64,000 bases of DNA from the human T2T-CHM13v2.0 reference genome, Homo sapiens: assembly GCF_009914755.1 (NCBI RefSeq), contig NC_060937.1. The stretch is one strand, 5' to 3'. Shown here piece by piece: positions 53,150 to 64,000 of the stretch (the stretch's first letter is position 1; every line of letters begins with the position of its first letter). The notes under the pieces were generated by a model that was given only the letters and a program-made list of their open reading frames with translations, did not search any database and was not told the origin of the DNA. Made by a program: the position numbers and the translations under genes.

Positions 53150-53470
53150 AGGCTTCATTGATAAGCAGTGTTAAAGCTCCAGTAACTTTCTTTTAGGCCA
53201 CATTAAAGTGAATCTGGCATCTGCTACAAGGGAGATGGTGATTCTGTTCTATTCTGCTCTCAGTTGCCTAAAAGATTATACTTGGAGGCTATCTTTTAAG
53301 TTCTGAAGCATGCCTATTAAATAATGGTTGAAGAACCTGAGAATATTTAGCAAGCAGCAACAGAGCTTTGGGAGGAAAGATGTGATAGCTGTTTTTATAT
53401 TTCAGCCTTCCATATATTTGTAAGAGAAGTTAGACTTTTCCTATTTAGCCCCAAATGACAGAGTTAGTAC
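53150..53470 (+). mobile_element. CR1/L3 LINE ORF2 remnant
   Basis: From 53193 it translates LGHIKVNLASATREMVILFYSALS, resembling CR1 ORF2 LGCIKRSVASRSREVILPLYSALV. Confidence 0.7.
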
Positions 53471-54796
53471 TCTTAAGTATGCTCAGTAACAACAAAAAAG
53501 TAATAATAATTTGCAGTGGTCGCACCTACTGCAGGAGGCATCGAATTGCTGCCATTGCAAACCCTTGTGAAAATGCTAAAAGGGATATCAGATTGTGCAA
53601 CCCAGCTCCTAAAGTCCTTTCATTATGTTTTTCTAACTTTCTAATTTTTATCTTTGTCACTGAGCAAAGGCTTTTTACATGGTTCTACATTCAGTTTGCT
53701 GTCTCGCCAAATGCATTTCTTTCTCAAGTTGGTAGAATGAGATGTCAGGTAGCACTTCAGTTTTCTGTTTGGAACAGGTATCTTTGTGGGTAGAGACCAT
53801 CTAGGAGCTGTTGAAGTTCTTACTGGGCAAATCTTTGAGTGTCCATTCTAGCTGATGCGTGAAGTCCATATGTGGGCGTGGCCAGTAGACCTCTGTGAAA
53901 TCCAGAAAAATCTTTTACTTTGTGTTTATTCTGTGTGTGTGGTGGCGTGGGGGGGGGGGTGGTGGGGGGGCAAGTGCTGTTTAAGTGATCCAAAAGCTTA
54001 CCTGTAAATCCCGCAAATCAAGCATCAGCTTACCAATTCGGAATGTAGAGTCACTCAGTCCTGAGATGCTAGTCTTTGCTTCGTGTTGCTGTGTTTTGTG
54101 GTCTACACTCTGAATAAGCACTTCATTATCATGAATACCCCTCTGCTTTAGACCCCACAGATTTATACTGGCTCCTCTTCCCAGACGACTTGAGGACTTA
54201 GGAAAGCTTGGCCGCCATCTTGGATTCCTTGTGGAAAGAACCCTTCCTATGCAGGGGCTGATCTTCTTGCCCCCTTTAGGGCTGTGCTTCTGCATGGCTC
54301 AACAAGGGGAGACTTCCACTCCCTGACTCCCATCCTAGATCCTCTGCCTTGGCTGCCCTTCAAACACAGCTTCATTTTCTGGGGCGGATGTAGGGAAGTC
54401 TTTTTTCTTTGCTCTTACCCCAGCCTTCTTTCTGCACTTTATCATGCCCTGCCAATTTCCTTTCCCTTCTGTAAAAGCAGATTTTACAGAAAATTCCCTT
54501 GCCAGCCCTAGGTTGTATATGATGTACCATAAAGCAAAAGGAGGTCTGTGCTGGTTTTCTGATTTATTGGAAAGACATTTCCGAAGACCCCTGTAACTAG
54601 ACTGACTTCCTTTATCATTCAGCAGGGCACACGTACCCCCGAGGAGTTTGTGCAGATGCCTCCCACTTAGCAGAGTGATTACAAATAGGCTGTGTTTTAA
54701 GTTAGTTTTCTGTTGTATATTTCATCTGAGAAGTTGGCAAATACTTGAAAGCCACAAGCTACTGTTTTCTGAAAGCTTCTTTGCACATGAGCATAA

Positions 54797-55144
<348 letters not shown>

Positions 55145-55870
55145 TGATAGCTGGGCATGAGGACCTGGCGTTTAACCTTCAGTGCATCTCCAAACCTCTG
55201 CCACCCCTCTTGAGGTTGCTGTCTAGATGAAACCCCGGGGATATTTGGAATTCTCTGTAGTTGTGATCTTGTGCAGTTTGGAGGCCCTGTCCTGCTGATT
55301 GGATTTCTCTGGCCAGCTATGGGGTTGGCCAAGCTGCTCTGTGATCCAGGCAAGGTGCTGCTCCTGGCAGATAGGTCTCTGATCTTGCTAATAATAACCT
55401 CTCACCTTCAGCTTCTGCATCTGCTGCATGGCTTTTTCTGCTGCATTGCCTGCTGAAGCACAGCTGTGCTCATGACAGCCTTTCTCTATAATCCTGTTCC
55501 AGTCTCACTCCTCCCAAAGGTGCTGGGACACCCCCTGGCTAGGTGCTTAAGGTCAGGGAGAAGCAGTGATTTACAGCTGTCGCCTTCTCTGTAGTTATGA
55601 GAGGGGTGCTGTCCAGGACCACCCCTGTGAGGTGAATTGCCAAGAGCACGAGCTGGGTTTGGGCCATAATGACCCCATGGTCAGTAGCAATCAGCCTCCT
55701 GCAGTTAGGCCAAGTTCAGTCCAGCGGAGGCTGATCCGAGCCTCGCATGCCAGGGCTCCTGATGTGCTGTACTGCACTGGTGGCCTGAGGATGAAAGAAA
55801 GGTCCACTCCGTAATGATAGCCCAAAGGTGAAGGAAGATAGCCAATTTCCTAACCCGTAGGGTGCATATC

Positions 55871-56545
55871 TGAGACCACCTTTGCAAAATTATGACTGAG
55901 ACAGTGGAAGAGATCTAACTTAACCGACTCCATCTTGCTTCTAACCTCCAAGCTGTCCTTGTTCATTTCTGGGCGTAAGCTGAACTAACTTTGAGAGAAA
56001 CTCAGTTTATACTTTATAGTTTAAACAAAGATGGTAACAGCCCTTTCCCAAAGCAGACCTCCTTGCCTGGGGACTAGACTAACATTAGCCACAGGATTTG
56101 AAATATGGCTTAGGAGTCATGCAGCTGGAGGCTACGAGATTCTGACCTTCTTAAACTGCTCCTAAGATCAGTGCTTGAGATATTTTGCAGACCCTGCACT
56201 TGATGGATCAGCTGGCACCACTCAGATCAATAAACTGGCTCATCTAATCTTGTGGCTCCCCACCACCCAGGAACTGACTGAGCTCAAGAAGACAGCTTTG
56301 ACTCCCTATGATTTCTTCCCTGACTGATCAGCATTCCCGGCTCACTGGCTACCCCCACCCACCAAGTTATCCTTAAAAACTCTGCTCCCCGAATGCTTGG
56401 GGAGACTGATTTGAGTAATAATAAAACTCCAGTCTCCCTCACAGCCGGCTCTGCATGAATTACTCTTTCTCTACTGCAGTTCTTCTGTCTTGATGAATCG
56501 GCTCTGTCTAGGCAGTGGGCAAGGTGAATCCCTTGGGCGGTTACA
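55871..56545 (+). mobile_element. ERV1 solo LTR (LTR8-like), sense to the host gene
   Basis: TGAGACCACCTTTGCAAAATTATGACTGAGACAG...GGGCGGTTACA. TG..CA ends, exact 4-bp TSD TATC, AATAAA at 56420-56425, 675 bp. Confidence 0.92.
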
Positions 56546-58604
56546 TATCTAGATGATTTGGCCTGCTGGATCACCCAGAAAACCTAGACATCACAGCGAA
56601 TGCAGGGCCTGTCCCTCTGTCTCCAGATTGCGATACATCATGAATAGATGCCTGCTCATCGGCTGGGTAGCAGGAATTCCCTTGTGTTTCTACGGTGTTG
56701 AGGTGTTTGAAGAATGTGTTCACCTTAATCACATGAACACAAGGAAAAATGGCTACACACCCCTTCAACCTGAAATCAGGTGCTGCATATAAAATGTGAA
56801 GGAGCTTCCTATAGCCCCAGGGCTTCAGGCCAGTCCTTTGCAGTTCTGGGGCTCCACCTCTCCAAAGCGGGGGCTCTGTGTTAGATCACCTCTCAGGTTT
56901 CTTCTCAGCTCACAGTTCTGCAGATGCAGGGAGAAATTACAAAATCCTCCTGGCTCTGAAAAGTGCATGCAATCAATCTTCTTCCTTTGCTGATTTCAAA
57001 TAAATCCTCAAGATAATTTCTGAAGTAGGTAAGAGAAGGAATCTTGACTTTATAGGTGGGAAAACCGGGGTTCCTTCGTATCAGGTGACTTACATCAGGT
57101 CCAAGCAAGCAAGCATCTTGGGGTCAGAAAACAACGGACCTGAGTGTGAACTTGGGGGCCGGCCCCACGCACACCTGCCTGTTTACTTTCCTGAGTCAAA
57201 TGCTTTGAGGCCTGTGGGACTCGCACTTCCTGTAGTCTGTCAGCAACTATAGATGTTATACACCCCAGCATTATTAAATACTTGAGTTATAACATCATAT
57301 GGCTGGAAGGGATCTTAAGAGGTTTCCTAGGAGTTCCAGGCAAATATTTGTCTGTCTTTTTCTTTAAAATGTCTAGGGAAGGGAGATCCCATGACCTGCT
57401 TTACTGGAACTGCATAGGAATAGGATGTGTTATCCAGAGCAATTGCTCTCTTCAAATTAAAAGTGTCAAAGAAGGGTGGAGCAGGGAGCGAGGCTTTAAA
57501 ACGCCATTGGGGGTTTTCTTGCCCCTCCAGCATCATAGTCACTTCTGCCAAAGGAACTGATGCAGCCCACATGTTTCTGTGCACCCTCATTTCTCCTGTC
57601 CATGGTCCTATTGCCGATTAGGTGGGGATGCTGTTACTTCAGGGCAGGTTCCTGCTAACCTCATAACCTTTGCACCAACCAACATGCTGCCTCTACCTTA
57701 GTCACCATGCCAGAAAAGCCACAGCTTGATGAATTTCTTTGCCTCTCTTGAAATGGTAAACATCTCTGGTTGTTTATCGCCTTGGGCTTTATCTGTTCAT
57801 TTTAATGTGGAGGCATTTTTTTTATTACGCTTCGGAGGAAGTACCCTCAGGGTTATTATACTCAGAAAGAAAAAAATGTTAGCTCAAAGACTTACCTTGG
57901 GAAAGTTACGAAGTGGGCAAAGCTCTGGTTCTATTTCTTCCCTGCCTACCTTGTGCTTTTATGCACATGGGCAGCCCAAGACCGAGCGCCGTCCTTTTTC
58001 AGCTGCCTTGTCCTGAGCAACCTTGCTGCCGTCGCTGAGTCATGGTGCTCCCCTAGCCCTTGGCTTTCCATTCTCCTCGGGAGAATCATTCCTGCCCCCT
58101 GCCCTCCTAATGTTTTCAGAACGACCTCATGATGACAGCATTTTGATTTAGAATATACATTTTTTTTTCCTGAAAACAAATCACTGTAGTGCTCAAGTTG
58201 AGGCATTCAGGATGACTCAAGCAGATGTTTTCTGTGCCCATTGAAGTTTAACATCAGGGGGTCCCCGTCAAATACAAACTTCCTTTTTATTTGTTTAGCT
58301 AGTTATTTTATGATTTCCCATTCCCCTTTGGAATCCTTAATGAGCCTTTATGGGGAGTTTTATTTTTCCATGTGCACCTACTTCTGCCACTTCGAAGCGA
58401 TGATTTAGATTCCGAATGCGTGGTGAGCCCCGCGCCTTCCCCTCACCTCCTGGAAGAACATGCTGAGCTGGGACTCCACCTAGGATGGAGTCCTTTCTTT
58501 AGTGCTAATGGAGATTATTATGCAGTTTCCTCCTGAAAATTTTTTGTTTAAGTATTGTATTTTCAGTCTGGTCATTTCTTTTCTATTGAGAGTTACATTT
58601 AATT

Positions 58605-58932
58605 AATTAATTAATTTATTTATTTATTTATTTATTATTTTTTTTATTCAGAGTTTCACTCATGTTGCCCAGGCTGGAGTGCAGTGGCTGGATCTCGGCT
58701 CACTGCAGCCTCCGCCTCCGCCTCCTGGGTTCAAGTGATTGTCCTGCCTCAGCCTCCTGAGTAGCTGGGATTACAGGCACCCAACACCACGTCTGACTAC
58801 TTTTTGGATTTTTAGCAGAGACGGCGTTTCACCACGTTGGCCAGACTGGTCTTGAACTCCTGGCCTTAGGTGATCTGCCCGCCTTGGCCTCCCAAAGTGC
58901 TGGGATTACAGGTGTGAGCCACTGTGCCCAGC
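58605..58932 (-). mobile_element. AluS SINE with (ATTT)n tail
   Basis: Full dimer. TSD TGAGAGTTAC(A/G)TTTAATT at 58587-58604 and 58933-58950. Confidence 0.93.
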
Positions 58933-59562
58933 TGAGAGTTACGTTTAATTTCCAAAGTCATCTGAAATTAATAAGAAGTATATAACTGCAAAAGAATTTC
59001 TAATGTCCTGGGCATTCTCAATACAGCCTGCTTGTCTCTCCTAGTAGTGTAATAGGTTTCAAGCTTGTGGACTTACTGACACTCTGACTTAGAACAGGAG
59101 GCATTAAGGTTTTCATGCAAGGGAACTAAGAGGGAACTCAAATCCAGTGTAAGGCATATCAAATGTGTAGAAACGTGATGTAAACAGGGTTGCAGCTAAC
59201 GGCACATTTATGCCAGAGCAGGACACCATGCACCAGACCAGAGAAACTCGTTTCCCTCCCTCCAGCGCAAGGTTTACACTTTTTGGGACCTTTATGAAAC
59301 GGCACACAGAAGGCAAAGCCAGGCTAAGGGGTGGCTGAGGAGATACGATCTGAGTGGTGTCCAGAGACCCCCTCCCCCAGTGAGGATTCCTGAATGTTAC
59401 TGGATTATCTATGGCTCCAACTCAAACCACAGGAGCCATCACATCACTCCCAGCTTGGGACCCACCAGCAGCCCCTGACTGCATAGCACTCTGGCCAGAG
59501 GGGCTCTGTACTGGTTGGAGGCAAAAAAGGAGAAGACAAAATGGGTCAAGAAGTGGAGGCAA

Positions 59563-59785
59563 AGTGTGTGTGTGTCTTAGTATATCTATGTGTACATGTG
59601 TATTTGTATGAGTATCTATGTATGTGTGTCTGTGTGTATGTGTGTCTCTGTGTATCTCTGTCCTGTGTGCCACTATCTCTGTGTCTAGGTGTGTGTGTCT
59701 GCCTGTATGTGTCTGTTTATCTGTGCCTGTTATGTGTCTCTGTGTATCTATGTGTGTACATCCGTGTGTGTCTATATGTGTGTGT
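59563..59785. repeat. Degenerate TG-rich simple repeat
   Basis: Interrupted (TG)n/(TGTC)n/(TGTA)n. Confidence 0.9.
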
Positions 59786-59990
59786 AACTTTTTAAACTAC
59801 GCAGTTGTTAGTGGAAGTAGTGTATGTGCACCTGTGTGTACTTTTCTTTTAAACAAGACTGTATTGTGTGAGTGTCCCTGTCCCTTGCTCTTTTTGTCAC
59901 TGAAAAAATCTGTGTTTGCTTAGAGATATCTGACTTCCACTGTACTTTTCTTTCAGTTTAGTAGCTCACCTTTGTTTAATAATTAATCCC

Positions 59991-60450
59991 TATTGCAGCA
60001 CTATTCATAATAGCAAAGATGGAATCAACCCAAATGTCCATCCGTGCTAGACTGGATAAAGAAAATGCAATACACATACACCATGGAATACTATGCAGCC
60101 ATAAAAAGGAATGAGATCATATCCTTTGCAGAGACTTGGATGGAGCTGGAAACCATTATCCTCAGCAAACTAACACAGGAACAGAAAACCAAACACCACA
60201 TGTCCTCACTTATAAGTGGGAGCTGAACAATGAGAACACATGGACACAGGGAGGGGAACACCACACACTGGGGCCTGTTGGGGAGGCAGGGGGAGGGAGG
60301 GCATCAGATTAAATACTAATGCATCCAGACCTTGAAACCTAGGTGACGGGTTGATAACTGCAGCAAACCATCATGGCAAATGTTTACTTATGTAATAAAC
60401 CTTCACATCCTGCACATGTATCCTGGAACTTAAAATTCAATTACAAAAAA
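59991..60450 (+). mobile_element. L1PA (older primate L1) 3' end, 5'-truncated
   Basis: ORF2 C-terminus DWIKKM..YTMEYYAAIKRNEIISFAETWMELETIILSKLTQEQKTKH, then G-rich 3' UTR and short A tail. Confidence 0.93.
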
Positions 60451-60684
60451 GCATTTGTTTAAATAGAATTTCATAAGAATAACAATTAGGAGTCCAGCAG
60501 TATGTTTAGGGAAAATAATAATAATGTAGTTTCAAGAAGGATTTTACTTGTTCTCACTGGGCCTGAAAGCTCTGTCTTCAGAGAATGGTTTTCTGAGATT
60601 CCTGCGGAATCTGGTTTCCTCTACCTACATTATCTGACTTCTGTTCATAAGGACATTCTGTTTGTGACTTTTATTCCTCAATGA

Positions 60685-64000
<3,316 letters not shown>

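Noticed and set aside
59541-59923. Cys/Val-rich ORFs
   Set aside because: Translation of the TG-rich simple repeat.
60044-60226. 60-aa ORF with protein-like sequence
   Set aside because: L1 ORF2 C-terminus of a truncated L1PA.

Overview
Primate (very probably human) nuclear genomic DNA lying inside the P4-ATPase phospholipid flippase gene ATP8A2, transcribed on the + strand. Only two coding exons are present: 54919-55102 (184 nt, P-domain GDGAND motif) and 60721-60831 (111 nt, M5 helix with YKN; missed by the ORF track). From memory these are probably exons 26-27, not verified. The first ~54.9 kb is the 3' part of one very long phase-2 intron. The introns are a mosaic of Alu (Y/S/J/FLAM), L1, L2, MIR, CR1/L3, MaLR and ERV1 solo LTRs, Tigger3 and hAT (MER5/MER58) elements, and microsatellites. 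Almost all ORFs in the track are spurious or repeat-derived. I found no evidence of a new multi-gene system, CRISPR array or RNA gene. The best leads are RNA-processing hypotheses (poison-exon candidates, recursive-splice-like motifs, a sense LTR8 poly(A) signal behind a weak donor) and unusual retrotransposition structures. Repeat subfamily names are by-eye recognition, and ends of old repeats are approximate.
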